From Malacoraja senta (Eukaryota): DNA of 64,000 nucleotides. Under the pieces are notes generated by a model. That model worked only from the letters and a program-made list of their open reading frames with translations. It was not told where the DNA came from and did not search any database. The translations under genes and the position numbers were made by a program. This document shows positions 1-14,129 of the stretch, in pieces (position 1 is the first letter of the stretch; each line of letters opens with the position of its first letter). Location of the stretch: NCBI GenBank assembly GCA_038087875.1, contig JAXLNO010001731.1:186001-250000 (forward strand), given 5' to 3'.

Positions 1-187
1 TACTTGCTCAATCTATTTTATAATGAGAGTGTGGAAATCCATTTATCATAATGCTATCTTTATTTGATAGCATCAGCAATTGGGTGTTGCATGGTGTGCA
101 GCAGCAGCTGGTACAAACCTAGTTCACACAACAGTGGCTCATATTCCCCCCCAATTATTCTTACATTTTTCCTTTTGTTCCATGCAG

Positions 188-308
188 CAAACTGCCCCAG
201 TCTCAGGTGGAGTGGGCCCAGCTATTAGAGTCACAACAGCGTTACCATGACGCTGAACTACAGAAATGGAGAGACATTTTAAAATCATCAGTGGTGCTTC
301 TAGATCAG
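188..308 (+). CDS. GRAMD1B: GRAMD1B (Aster-B) penultimate coding exon
   Basis: Acceptor ttttgttccatgcag ends at 187 and donor GTGAAT starts at 309. Encodes KLPQSQVEWAQLLESQQRYHDAELQKWRDILKSSVVLLDQ, matching the recalled GRAMD1B C-terminal coiled region (EWAQLLESQQKYHDTELQKWREIIKSSVMLLDQ). Confidence 0.93.
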
Positions 309-1050
309 GTGAATGCTCTCTCATTGACTCATACAGTTAATGCTAATACGTGGTTGTCCGATCAGGTCTCCCCTCTCTCCCCCCCTCCCCTACTGTAAAA
401 CAATTGGAAATGTTTCACTGAGTTGATTGAACTGGTTACCAGAAAATGACAGGAAGATAAGAGAATTAAACATGGCTCAAATAACGTTTTTACAACAGAA
501 GTATTGAAAGAACAGCTTAGGGTTGGGTATCTGAAATGGAAAGGTATTTCTTTTAGTGACATCATTGTCTTTTAAATGCAAAATTCTTCAAATTTAAGTG
601 AACTTGTTTTTGGATCTGAAGATCCTTTAAAAATGCATTCCAATGTCTAATGTCATTTGGCATGAGTGCAGCGCCATTGTGTGAAAGACAGCAGCTAAAA
701 CTATTGAAGGAATTTATACCAATGTTAATTTGAGGTAGTTGGTTTGAAAATGTTATTTCATGTCATTTTCTTTCATTCCCAACTGTTTGTTGAGACTGCT
801 CTTTTTTATTGCCATTGCTAATTGGAAGCAAAATGTGCTCTGATGCTTCCTTTAGTGTTTGCCATGTCAACTAAAGATGTAAGTTGTGGTCACAGAAAAG
901 GAGCTGTGATTTTGCCCACTTTGAAGCAATGGCATAATTAATCTAATATATCAGCTAGGCTGGATTAGAGCCTCCTCTGCATATAAAGCTAATGTAAGTT
1001 AAACTGCTCGTATAGATTGTAGAACTTCACCTCTTTAATTTATCCAACAG

Positions 1051-1137
1051 ATGAGAAACTCATTACTAACTCTACAAAAAGGCATTGGTTTGCGTGATTA
1101 CAGTTCAGAAACAGACAAGCATGATCGATTTCACTGA
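1051..1137 (+). CDS. GRAMD1B: GRAMD1B last coding exon
   Basis: Acceptor ctctttaatttatccaacag, phase 0 and compatible with the previous exon. Encodes MRNSLLTLQKGIGLRDYSSETDKHDRFH*, similar to recalled human MKDSLINLQNGIRSRDYTSESEEKRNRYH*. Confidence 0.92.
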   Translation: MRNSLLTLQKGIGLRDYSSETDKHDRFH

Positions 1138-4100
1138 TGGGCATTACCAAGGCCGAAGAGGGAATTGTGTGCAATATATGTTATGTATAAATTATATATA
1201 TGTTATATATATAAAAAGACACTGGAACTGCAGGCTGAGTTGGATCCCCAGGATTGCGAATCAGCAAATTCACGATTGACAAAACCAAGATCCTGCACTG
1301 ATTTACAGAACTACTGAAGCATTGTGGAAAACAACAATCACACTAATCTGCCTACACACTCCTGTTATAAATCCTAGAACATTGTACTGTAAGTGTAACA
1401 TCTCACAAAAGCATGTAATAATCTGTAAACTATCTCTTTTATGGAAGATATGTAACTGAAGTACCATGTGAACTTTGTTTAAAATAAGGTATTCATCAAA
1501 CAGATAGGAGTAGGCTGAGGGTCTTGAAACTGTTACCAGTTCATTCTGCCTGCAGAAACATCAGATACATCTGATTTAAGATTAACACAATTAATCCAAT
1601 ATATTGATTCTGGCTCAGTGAATGGTTAAAGAAACTGTGAATATCTATATTGATAAAACTTGAAGATTTTCTAAGTTACAAGTGAAAAGTTACTGGAATC
1701 CTGATGCAACTGATTTAGTTATTTATTATTGTTACAAACAGTCTAAACAATCTATCATAGGCAGGTCCAAGAATATATCGAGCGAAAGCATGTTTCTGCT
1801 CTGTTACCCTCATGGCAGCATGTTTAAGAGTTGCAGATTGCTCATCTGGGCAATGTGTGAAGCCTGTTAATGAAGCATTCCATCTTTTACGATGAAATGT
1901 TATCAGTTTGTCAGGGATGAGTATCATGATCAGCATTGTTAACATATAGAGGCACCTACAGGAGAAGAAGAGACCCCCTGAGAAATGTGATGACATGTTT
2001 TGCTGTGCTGCAGGGTATGCCATGCCATCTAATCAATTTGAAGTTCAACGTTGTATGATGAAAAATTGAACATTTAGAGACTATAATTGTCCCGGACTGA
2101 AACAAATTGTGATTTCAATTTTCCTGCAGTTTAAAAGGATAATATTGAAACATTCGTCTTAAGGATCACTGTAGAATTTGATTCGCAGATCAGGCAGGAT
2201 CTTATTGCAGGATCTGCAATGCGATTTTTGAGTGTTATGGCATTTGATGATATCTCTTATTTGAAAAACAGGGAAATTGTGCTGTGCACATGCTAAATCA
2301 GTGTATGACAAGATGCAATATTTAGTGACCAAAATTCAATGTTGTTGCCTTATTAGAACAGAAATCCAGGCAGTTGTAAGTGTAAAAAGATGCATGCTTT
2401 GTGAGGGTATAGTTGCAGAATTGATGAAACCAAGTGACCGCAGTAGTTTAATCCAGTCAACACTGAACTAGTGCATGCCGGCGCTTTAACTTTTGGCAGT
2501 TTTTTTTTGCATTACTAATGCAAGAAGAAAATGGATTTAAAGTGAATTTCAAAGATAAATACAGACTGTTAAAGTACAATCTTTAGACATGGGTCTGTGA
2601 AAATTGGTGCTCATGAGTGAGCTCTTTGGTATGAACAAAAGATCAGCTACTAACATAGTCCAAGAAAATAAATATTTAAATAGTTTATTTATAAGTGTAT
2701 TGTGTCAGGACTAATGTGTGAACTGATTGAATTGGAAGTTATGGTGTAAGGATTAACAGATGGAGAATTACCTCTTCATTTTGTTCAAAGATTGATCATT
2801 CATCCATGATAATTCTTTTTAATGAAAATCCCTGAGCTCTTTTATTTAAAATTGGTGGGCCAAATTGGAGGGAGTGTGGGGAATTCTGGTGTTTTCAAAC
2901 AAAATAGTTTGGATAGATTTCATGCTCCTCAGTATGAAATTTGTGGCAACAAACACTATGTATTTCACAGGCAGCTGTATTACTTTCCAGCATTGTAGAT
3001 TGCATTTGGAATATTTACTGGTCATGTGAAAACTGATATGTCAAAGTTGTCCAATAATTTCAGAAATGAAAACTCCACAATTTAGATTTATTAAAAAGAC
3101 ATGAACTCCAGTAACTAACCATTGCAAATGCACCTTATGTAAGGATGCAGCTGTCTGGACAATTATTTGATAAGTGATACAGCTGCCAATATTTACCTTT
3201 TCAATAGTCAGAAAAAGTAAGATTTGATATCAAATATAAGGTGCTTTTAATATGACTGATACAACATTTTAAAAAGAAAAGATTGCTTTCTAAAATGAAC
3301 AAACCTTTCTATTGGTCAGACATTTTTGCTGCCAATTGGAAATTTAGTAATATTTAATCCATTAAGAAGAGATGTGAATAGCCAGTCATTTGACTGCATA
3401 TTAAATTGTGTGGGCAGGTATGCCCAAGTGCACTATTTTCACTTAAGAACTGAATTTTTCAGTGCAATGGATTGTGTAGACCATAATAGTTTGTCTTAAG
3501 GACACAACCATTGTGCGAACCATGTCCCTGATCTGCTTAAATCAATGGGAGTATTGAGAAAGGCGGTGTCTAATTGTTATATAGATTTTGGATGGCAAAT
3601 ACTGACAAATCCACTTCTAACTAAATTATGGCATCATATTTTCTTTAAGCAGGTCATCCTCCTTCAGTGTTGCATTCACTTTTGTTTTGTTTTTGTTGTA
3701 CATTGCTTCTACACTCAACAAAATAGTAGAATCATGATCCTTTGCAGAATGCCACTGATCAGATTCAGTAGGCTGTGTTTGTGATGTCAATCACTCCATA
3801 TATAGCATCATGTTGATGAGTACAGGCTTTCCTTTTTGTGCTATAGTAGTAACTTATTTTTTTTTAAACTCTGGATTACACTTTTGTTGCCTTTAATATT
3901 TAATTTCATTTTTTCAGTTGATGTTATGAGATTCAAATATAGAACATAGATTTGCACTGTAGAAGAAAAACATGGATATCGTTATGCTGTCTAGCTGCTC
4001 GTACTCATTTTATTTTTATTCTGTGCTTGGTATGGTATAGGATTGCCAGAATATAATGAATTGAGTTGAATATTTTGTTTTTGAATTAGCTAATAAATAT

Positions 4101-7100
4101 GGCTAGATTTGTTCTTAGTTTTCACATTATGTGTAACACCAAATATCAGTCAAAGGTCAGTTCTGAGGGTAGGTTTGCAAGCCTATAGTGAGTGAGAGTG
4201 TGTATGAGTGTGTGCATGGGAAGGCTAATTTGCACAACATATAGAAAATTCAAATTGCTGTAACAGACTACTGGGTTGGTAACCCATGAATCAATTTTTA
4301 GTGGACACTGTTGAGCAGCTCTAAATGAAAGCATATTCTCATCAAAACTGAGCAATTATTGTTTGAATATAGATAACACCGTGCTCAATGAATCACCTTA
4401 GTGAAATATCCCACAACTTTCTATTCAAACAAAGATTTGAAAATTGACCTATTTGGACTCGCATGGTTTTAAAACATTTTCTAAAGAATACTGTGGGGGA
4501 TATAAAATCCCAACAGGATGTTTGATGAGGATAGTGTTTATATTTACATTCTTATACATTGTTTTATTTCCTGTTTTAATCTGGATAATGAGTAATAGTT
4601 TGGATGACCTGGTTGAGGTTTCGTAATTTCTTTTTTTTCTGTTAACACAATTTTACTATTATATAATTACCATGATGTAATAGAGGTGATAAAGTGACAC
4701 CATGCCTGAAAATAAGTTGTGACCAAAAGAATTGAGTTTCAAGCAAAGGTTAAAATGATATGAATTTTAGTGAATTTTATTGAAATCATTTATTTCTAAA
4801 TCATTTTGTAATCATATGGCACTTTTGAAATATCAATGTATTAATATTGCTTGGAACTAAAATGCATTTGCAGAAATATTGTCCTGATTGAAAATGATAC
4901 AAGTAACGCATATGAATGTTCAAGACCTACTTGTACATGTTTATGTTCTTATTTGCTTTCTCTATGTTCCTGGTCATGCATATTGGCTATCTTTATTTCA
5001 TGATTTCTATATAGTATGGTTAAACATGATTGAATGCAGCACCCATCAATCATTCACAAATTCAGTGTATTCTGAAATCAGATTACAGTAGGTGTTCCAT
5101 GTCTGATCACAGAGACAGTTGAGTGGTCAATGACACTTAATGGTTGATGTGAGCCTATAAAATTTGCTTCTTAGCCCTCCAACATAAAGGGCAGGAAGTA
5201 TGTGTTCATTGTGAACCAGTAGTGGGTCATAACCCATTGGTAAAGACCAAAAATAATATGCATATGCAATTAAAGGGTCTAATCCCTTGCCGAGGCCTCC
5301 ACTGCAGTTGATTTGCCCAAAAGCTACCAGTGCTGGCACTGGCTAATCTTTGGGGAACTAGTTTTTACATGAAGTGCATGGAGGTCAGAAAGGAACCATG
5401 TATTAGACCACAAATGATGAGGGAGGTTTCAAAATATACTTACTAAATATGGAACCAGTGAGAATAAGATTGCTGCTCCTTAACCTATGTTTAAAGATAT
5501 GCTAGTTGTTGTTTTCCCACTCCTAAAATAATTGCTACCATCTCCCCCCACTCCCCGATTATCAGCACCACTTCCATCCATAAAAAATGCTTTATTTCCA
5601 ACCTTTCCTCCCCATTTCTCATCTCTACTCTTATTCTTCCAGTCCAGTCATTTCATCATTTACACAAAGGCTGCTGCTTTTGGTGTGGTGGAATGAACAG
5701 AAATCTTTCTTCAAGGCCAAATGTAAGTTAGTGTCACAAAACTCACCAATTTCACCCCCTTCCCCAACTCCCACAAGCCCACGTATGCTCTGTATTCGGA
5801 CATCTGAACTTCTAGGCTGTTGACCTTAGGGTTTGTACCATTCCACCACACATACTAAGCAGTGGTTTTTGTTGCACACCTATTAAACCTATAATTCAGG
5901 CACTGCCTGTACTGTAGTCATCCTCTTCATTGATTATTACTCAAGGTAAAGGCTGTATTATTGCAATTCCTTTCCCTTGAACTCAAAATTCAATATAGTA
6001 TTATTTCTGAAAAAAATAAACAGCTCATAAAAGATTTTGCAGTTAGTTACCGTACTAATGTCAAAATGTAAAATTCTGTTTACTGCTCTGCTGTGTGGTA
6101 CAAAAAGTAGATTCATAACAATGGAATTTGCTGTTAAATAGTGTTTTTTTGGCCTGTATATTTTCAGCAATCTATGGAAAGCCTTTTTATTAAACTGACT
6201 AGTTTTACAAGACATTGAACAATGATCATTTTACTGTATACAAGATTTGAAAATGTGAATATGATAATAATATAATTTAAGAGAGACAGGATCTGCCTCA
6301 AAGTTTGCAATCTTTTTTGTATTTAAATAATGCAAAGAATCAAAAGTACAGGCAATTCCCACATCACAGAGGTTGTGTTCCTAGAAAACAGCCCATGTTG
6401 TTATTTTCCATATTGCAAAGCCATTTTAACTGTGCAGCAGTTGAAAATAAAATTTAGTTGATTTATTTACTTTTTTCCCCACAACTTCATGAGAACAAAT
6501 TTTATTCTGTATCCCAAATTTTTGATTAGTGATTTGTAAATTCTATATGGGTGAATTTCTGTAACCCAAATGGCTGTAACATGGGGGTCGCCTGTAATCA
6601 TAGTTATTGCATTGCGATATTTTAAATGAACACATCTTGTGGAGGGTTGAACAAATGAATGTTTACTTCAACCTATAGAGGCTGATACTCAGTAACATTA
6701 TTGTTTTTAATTCAACAATATTATCAATTGAAGAAAATGCAAAAGATTTTAATGGGTACAAGAATGCAATGGAAATTGTAGTGTAAATGCCCTTATTGTA
6801 AAAATTGATTTCTCTATCCCCATGTTTCAATTAACTCTCCTGAATGTACAAGGAATGAATTGTTCCCCAGGAGAAAATTTCTTCTATTTAATATGATCTT
6901 CTCATTGAACAGCGTAATTGTTAACTGGCTGTTGCTGTACTATAATGTAATTTAGTTCATCGAAACATTGCGGCCACTCCAGACAGATTTTTTTTTAAAG
7001 TACGATGCATGTGATTCTGATGCTGCCTAATGTTAGCTTGCAGGGTATGCAACCATCATCAGATGAAGTGAGGTAAAATTGGATTGTGTGTCTTGACTAT

Positions 7101-7330
7101 GCCATGACATTAGGTAACAAACTATCTTTATGTGCATTGAAGAAAAAGGTACATTTTTTTAAAGAACTGTTTTGATCTCTGGATATGAAACCTAATTATG
7201 AACTTTGCGCTGTGCGCAGGTTTTAATCGCCTTGCCTACTAGAATTTAGGTTATCATGAAAACCCACCTGCAAGTTCATGTAAAGTAGAAACAAGCTATG
7301 AATAAAAAGTGTTGAAAAAAATCTTTCATA
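1138..7330 (+). other. GRAMD1B: Putative long GRAMD1B 3' UTR
   Basis: U-rich stretch nearly free of young TEs after the stop codon. Candidate AATAAA at 4092, 6446 and 7301; the last has a downstream U/GU-rich tract. The end point is inferred. Confidence 0.5.
6349..6594. mobile_element. Ancient Tc1/mariner-pogo (Tigger-like) MITE
   Basis: TA|CAGGCAATTCCCACATCACAG ... CTGTAACATGGGGGTCGCCTG|TA: 21-bp TIRs with 15/21 identity (differences all transitions) and a TA target duplication. Confidence 0.62.
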
Positions 7331-7360
7331 CTTTCGTCACCTCTCTTTTTTTGGGTGATG
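7301..7360 (+). terminator. Candidate distal polyadenylation signal of GRAMD1B
   Basis: AATAAA at 7301-7306, followed ~35-55 nt later by ctctcttttttttgggtgatg (U/GU-rich downstream element). Confidence 0.5.
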
Positions 7361-8644
7361 TTGAAGAATTACTTTTGGTGTTCAAAGATTTATTTTCTGA
7401 TTTGTTAAGGTTTTAGAAAATGTGTTGGAAAATTTCACAGCCACACATGGCCTACTTTCAATCATTTTGTTTATCTCAGATTCATTTTCTGTATGTACTT
7501 TTGAAGAGAGAGCAAATGACAGCGGGGGTAAACAATTAAAGTATTGTTCTCCATCTTTTAAAAAATGCACTGGGAAATAATTTGCATTAAATTTTGTTTC
7601 TCTTCCTTGGAAATGTCATCATGGAAATTAGCTACGTAAGTAAAATGTTACAGATTTTTGTGGAAACACTGATCTATACCAATTTGTGCCATATTTAAAA
7701 TGAATATTTATTTCTCTTCATTAAGGGCTAAACAGAAAAGAGGAGAAGGATCTAAGGAATTTGAAAGATCCCAGCCAAAGTATTAACTTGCTTGTGGGCA
7801 TGTGGTAGGATAAGTTGTAACATTCAGAAACCTGTATTTTTCCATTTTCTAGATTCCCCAGTCCATACTGGTTTGAAACCTTCAAATTATATTTTGCAGT
7901 ATGCGTAATGTGTTACATTGGAAGGTAAATTGTACATTGCATTATCAAAAGAGAGTTCAGCACACTGATAGTCACGTTTATGTAATCAGTTCCAAATTAT
8001 ATCTACTGTAACTGAGAATAGAAACACTCAAGTTTACTTAGACATTGAGAAAGGAATAGCATGCTTCAATCTATAAAGCATTGAGTTACTGCAAGTATTT
8101 TAGAAATTAGTCCCTGTTAAATACAACTTCACACTAACCTGAAGGTCTATACCATCCAGGGTGAAATCTGCTTTTTCAAAGACTTTTCAATCACATTGGT
8201 AAGATATGATGCCATTTTATTTAGTTGCTTCTGAATGATTTGGTAATCAGTAGGAATTAATAACAATGCAAAAAGTCACAATCTCAAGTCTAAGCCAATA
8301 TTTCCCAGTAAGCAAAATGCCAGTGAGTTTCAATCTGTTAACCTTAACTTATATTTAAAATATTTTATAAGTTGCCTGTGTATATCTGAAAATGAATATT
8401 ACAGACATACTAGTTTCCCACTAATCTACAGAACAATCAAAGAATACAAGAGAAGTTATCATTATGAGAGCATAATTACTCTGAAATTACAGCTCAGAAT
8501 TTCTGGAAAAGTAGGCCTTGTCCTGTGATTTTTTTTTGTCTGTTCAAAAGAGACCATTATATACATTGTAACAATGATGCATCGTTGAAAGATATCCATC
8601 TCAAAAATATGATGTTTGGCAAATTAGTTGTAATTTTTATTTAA

Positions 8645-8700
8645 GCATTATTGAGACCTAATACACACAGTATTGCATTAGTGAGACCTAATACACAGCA
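8645..8700. repeat. Two-copy ~30-bp tandem duplication
   Basis: gcattattgagacctaatacac and gcattagtgagacctaatacac, period 30. Confidence 0.75.
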
Positions 8701-8707
8701 GCATGTT

Positions 8708-8952
8708 ACATAGAAACATAGAAAATAGGTGCAGGAGTAGGCCATTCGGCCCTTTGAGCCTGCACCGCCATTTGATATGATCATGGCTGATCATCCAACT
8801 CAGTATCCCATCCCTGCCTTCTCTCCATACCCCCTGATCCCTTTAGCCACAAGGGCCACATCTAACTCCCTCTTAAATATAGCCAATGAACTGGCCTCAA
8901 CTACCTTCTGTGGCAGAGAATTCCACAGATTCACCACTCTCTGTGTAAAAAA
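8708..8952 (-). mobile_element. CR1-clade (HER1-like) LINE 3' end
   Basis: Reverse-oriented tail acatagaaacatagaaaataggtgcaggagtaggccattcggccc, then the CR1 3' body (gaattccacagattcaccactctctgtgtaaaaaa). Confidence 0.8.
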
Positions 8953-10618
8953 CAGAGTTCTGTGTTACCAGAAACAGACCTGGATTATATTTCTCCTTTC
9001 AACCTTATTTAGAAAGCTTGCCCGTTTCCTAAATATGTGCAGTGGCCTCAGATCCTCTGAGTATCTCAGGAATGAGCAAGGATAGTAATCAATCACAGGA
9101 GGAATATTGATATTCAAGGCCTCGGGACTCCATTGTAAACATGTTTTTTCTTTATATAAGAACTTTAATAATCCCTCGTTTGATACAATATCCTGGAGAT
9201 CTTGAATGTAAAAATTGTGAAGAAACTTTATAAAGGCATCTTATGTCTACTTAGTATATTAGTTTATTTATTTAGTACATAAACAATATCAGAGACTGGT
9301 GAGCTTAAAGTAAAAGGGAATTATTTTTCAAAAATACCCTTAGTCCCCTTTTTATTTTATTTTTTCTTGCAATAAAATTAACAAATTTCTGATCAAGCAT
9401 CATCTAAATCTAAATGCAGTTCAATTTATCGACAAGATGTTCCAGCCAAAACTATTGTTAAATTCTGCAATGCCTAACTCCGCTGATCAACAGAAGCCCA
9501 TGTTGAAAGTGTTATGGGCATAAAGGAGAGCTCCTAATTCTTGCCCTTCTGCAAGATGCCTTCTAATTATGTTGCTAGTGCACTGACTAAGTCTTCTATT
9601 CATACGTTTCAAAAATACAAAAGGCAAAGAAGTTAAAGTTCAGTCTAAAAATCTTGTCTTAAAAGTTGTGGACTTAAAAGTTCTCTGTCCTTTTGTTTAT
9701 CTGTAGACATCTTGTGAATATTCTTGCCAATTATGGTATCTCCCTATTCTTTAAATGCACCAATCGAAATTCTGTGTTCCATTTCTTCAACTTTGATTTC
9801 AACTTCTTTGGCAGTAGATTTAACATTATGTGGATGATTCCATAAATTAGTTTTTCAGTGTTTTAATGATGTTAAATGACTATCTCGTTTCCTCAGCCTC
9901 ATTATCACATGCACACATTACAGACATGACATATGAAACAAACCATACTTGGGATTTCAGCTCGTATACAAAAATCATTCTCGTCTCATCCAGCATGATT
10001 GCAGTCTCTCAGATAATGGCCTAATCACTGAATAAAAAATCCTGATTTCCAAGGGAAAACTATCGATTTCCTGTTATTGTCCAAACGAACATATCTTTCG
10101 ACAGAATTATTGTTCCAATTGCTGGGATAATTTTGCTAATCCTGATGCATTACCTCTCAATCAGTTTTATATGTTCTATCAGCATTCTAACATATTCATC
10201 AACCCTAAAAAGCTCGACCGTCTATAATTAAACAGTCTATACTTTCCTCTACTCCAGTTATTAGCATATTTTGTTTCTTTTAGATGATGTCCTGCTTCCA
10301 AATATATTGTCATATTGTTTTAGTTCCAAATGTAATTCTGTTATGTCAATATTAAATGTTATTTCTCAAAAAACTTGATGCCTTTGATAAACATAATTAG
10401 CAGGAGCATTTATATTACTTTTCTCCAGTTTCTAACAGTGAGAGTCTTAACCTCACTTTAACTTAACATATTTTTCCCTTTTTGAGTGCTGAAGAAGCTT
10501 AATGTCATTTTCTTTGATCACTTCCACTTTCAAAATCGAATGATACCCAAGTTAGTTAGTTGTGTATTGTTTTCAGTGAAACTGAATTGTACAGAATTTA
10601 GTTTTTGTGATCATCATT

Positions 10619-10923
10619 AGGGTGGAACAGTGGCGTAGCAATAGAGCTGCGGCCTTACAGTGCCAGAGACGTGGGTTAGATCCTGACTACGGGTGTTGTC
10701 TGTACGGCGTTTGTATGTTCTCCCTGTGACCGCATGGGATTTATCCAGGTGCTCCGGTTTCTCCCCACACTCCAAGGACATACAGGTTTGTAGTTTAATT
10801 GGTTTTGGTAAAATTGTAAATTGTCCCTAGTGTGTAGGACGCTGTTAGTGTATGGAGTCATCACTGGTCAGCACGAACTCGATGTGACGAAGAGCCTGTT
10901 TCCGCGCTGTATTTCTAACGTCT
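10619..10923 (+). mobile_element. HE1-like tRNA-derived V-SINE
   Basis: A-box-like gtggcgtagcaatag, B-box-like gggttagatcc, V-domain tgctccggtttctccccacactcc and CR1-like tail cctgtttccgcgctgtat. Confidence 0.82.
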
Positions 10924-11116
10924 GATCCAAGTAAAATTTATTTGTTCTGCTCCTTCAAGATTTTGTAATGCATCAACCTTTTAATTAGTATTAACCATTT
11001 CTGGAGAGTAAAAATAGAGAGGACCATTTCTACCTCATCATTAAATTGAACAAGGTTTTAAACTGCCGATTGCTTTATTGTCTCCAATCCTGAATTAAAG
11101 ACCATGATAAAATTTA

Positions 11117-11895
11117 GAACATCAAACATTCATCACAGGAATGGGCCCCTCAGCCCACAATGTTTGTGCCCAATATCATGCCTGGCTGAACTAATTACAT
11201 CTGTCTGCAAGTGATCCATATCCTATCATTCCCTTCAAATTCATGTGCATAAACGTTTCAAAAATGTTTCTGTGTAAAAAATAAACTTGCCCTTCACGTT
11301 TCCATTATATTTACCCCCTCTCACCTTATAGCTATACCCTAGTGTTATTTCCAACCAGGGAATAAGTTTCTGACGATCTACATTATCTCTGTCTCACATA
11401 GCTTTATATACTTCTATCAAGTCTCCCCTGAACCTCCAATGTTCCTGAGGAAACAATCCAAGTCTATCCAACCTCCCTGTAGCTGAACCCCTCTAATCCA
11501 GGCAGCATTCTGGTAAACCACCTCTGCACGCTCTCCAATACTTCCACATCTTTCCTGTAATGGGGTGTCTAGAACAGCATGCAATACTCCAAATGCAACC
11601 TAACCAAAGTCCTATAGAGCTGCATCAAGACTTCACTCTTATGCCCCTAGCAATGAAGGCAAGCATACCATATGCCTTTACCACCCTATCTACGAGTGCT
11701 GCCACCTTTCGAGAGCTATGAACTTTGACTCCAAGATCCCTCTGCACATCAATGCTGTTTAAGGTCTTGCCATGAACTGCCACTCTCCTTACGTTCAACC
11801 TCCCAAAGAGCAACACCTCACTTGCTCGGGTTAAACTCCAGCTGCCATTTTTCTGCCTATTTCTGCAGCTGATCTATCTCATTGTATCTTCTGAC
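11117..11895 (-). mobile_element. CR1 LINE 3' fragment (RT C-terminus)
   Basis: Minus-strand peptide LNSIDVQRDLGVKVHSSRKVAALVDRVVKAYGMLAFI is typical CR1 ORF2; the 3' tail lies at the left. Confidence 0.82.
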
Positions 11896-12049
11896 AATTA
11901 TTTTCATAATTGAACGTTCACCATTGCTTATTCACAATTTAATAGAATAATTATGCTTTTAAAAGGGCAGTTTAATTTATACCAATAGCTTCAAAGTGAA
12001 AGCAGCATGGAACAAGTAAAATCAAACAAAAGAGTCTGCAGGACACAAC

Positions 12050-12745
12050 ACAATTTATCGTATCTACTTCATCGACCGACAGTGTTCCCAATGTGGTCTC
12101 CTCTACATCATTCAGATCAAGTGACCGTTTTGCCAAATACTTGCACTCTGTCCGCCAAGACCTAACGGATCTCCCAATTGCTAACCATATTAACTCTCCA
12201 TCCCATTTCCATACTGACCTTTCTGTCCTGGACCACCTTCATTACCAGTGAGGCCACACGCAAACTGAAGGAACAGCTGCTTATATTCTGCTTTGGCAGC
12301 TGTCAACCCTAGGATATGAACATTGATCTCTCCAAATTTAGGTAACCCCTTCTGCTCCACTTTCTCCCCCACATCTCTCTTTCTCTGCCCCTCCCCCATG
12401 CCCCACCTGGACGTGCACCTATTTCTTCCCTCCACCCGCACTCCTGTCACAATTCACAACTTTTGTCTCTTTTGGTTTTAATACTGTATCTGGCCTTTGT
12501 TCCAACCATCTGCCTATCTACCCCCCTCACCTGTGTCCACTTATCATTTGCCACTCTTTGTCCTGCCTCTTCTCTCTCACCTTTTGTTCCTCCCCCACAT
12601 CCCCCCTTCCCCCCCACAATCAGTTTAAGAAGGGACCCGACCCGAACCATCACCCGTCCATGCTCTCCAGAAATGCCGCCTGACCTGCAGAGTTACTCCA
12701 GTATTTTGTGCCCTTTTTTGTAAACTAGTTTATTGTTTCTACACA
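12050..12745 (+). mobile_element. Penelope-like element 3' fragment (GIY-YIG end, pyrimidine tract, terminal repeat with decayed hammerhead)
   Basis: tgttcccaatgtggtctcctctacatc (C-x-x-C-GLLYI), the gaggaacagc...ttctgctttggcagc..caaccc..atgaacattg GIY-YIG C-terminus, and tail agggacccgacccgaaccatcacc...gagttactccag. Confidence 0.72.
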
Positions 12746-14129
12746 ATTTATGTTATTGTTATCTAAGACACGCTACTTGAAAGGACAGTAGGAGCAGTTA
12801 AAAAAAAAATTGAAAGAATACTTAAAGGAAAAATAACAGTAGGTCTCTAAAACAGGAAGATGCTAGTGAGTCTAATTTTATTGCTTTCAAAGAGATGACA
12901 AAGGCAAGATGAACTGAACTATTTGTTTTGGAGTGTGGTTCTAATATCATTTGAAATAAAATTTCCTACAGAGAAACATGCCTTAATATTTTGCTTGGTA
13001 ATACATTTTCGGTTTGCTGTTTAATAGTGACTAATATTCAGCACGATATTTACTCAACATTTGAAACTGGCTCATAGTCAATCTGGTAGAAAAAAATACC
13101 ATATCCTGTAGATGCAAATTATGTAAAAGAAATTAAAAACATGTTTCTCGGAGAATGGGTATCATGTAGAATTCGCAACATCTGGGAGTGGCTGAAGTGA
13201 CAAGGTGGATGCTTTTGATGAGGTACACCCGAGTCAAAGGCAAAGAAAGGTACATGGATAAGAGTTAGACAAAGAAGTAGGAAGAAGCTCACTTAGAAAG
13301 AAAAGAAAAGGTGTATACGTTGTCAAATAAACAATTGCTGTCATGTGCTTTCTAGTGAGGCTTTTCCTGTTTGACATCGTTTTCACTGTTCTATTGCTGT
13401 ATCATTGTAGGAAATAATTTTCCACGACAGATATGATGCAACATTTAGAGAAATTAAGAACAATTCACGCAACTTAACAGAATCACTCTTTGATTTGCCT
13501 TCCACAACAGGTTGTGTCTCACCAAAATAGATTGTATCAGTGACTGGATCTACAGCACTAATAGTAAGTGAATTTTAATTTGATTTAAAATGTTTGTTTG
13601 TGGAAAGATATCTACAAAGATATGATTTGACATATCCATTGTCTTTTTTTTTACATAGTCCATTATAGGTTTAGTTACCCAAATTATGAATGCAAACTGG
13701 TATGCAAATTTTGTCAGTGCTGGTAACATTCTCTTTAAAATTTGGTACCTTCTTCAATATTCTGTAACATTCTATATTCCTGAATCACTCTTCTACAGCA
13801 TTAAGCCTTAAATAACAATAACATAGCTCAAAATAGCAAAATGTCCGAAAGCATTTCACATTGGACCGCATTTGGAAACATTTGGTTTGGGGGCAAGTTC
13901 TTCAGAACAGGGATAATGATCTTCAACGTGAAGCGTTGACTATGTTTCTCTTTCCACAAATGCTACTTGACCTGTTGAATGTTTTCACCATTTTCTAGTT
14001 TTACTAATGGACTAATTAAACTCGAGAATGATCAAATGCAAGAACTCTAGGCGAACAGATAATTCAGAAGCTTATTGGACTGCAGAAGAGTTTGCAAGTA
14101 AATTGATCTGATTTATTTTTTGAGGAACC

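Noticed and set aside
9400-10560. Possible ancient viral or LINE coding remnant on the minus strand
   Set aside because: Only scattered codon-like runs are visible, with no recognisable motif by eye. It needs tBLASTx/HMM searches.
10619-10700. tRNA gene suggested by A/B boxes
   Set aside because: It is the head of a multi-copy SINE with V-domain and LINE-derived tail, and has no intact cloverleaf.
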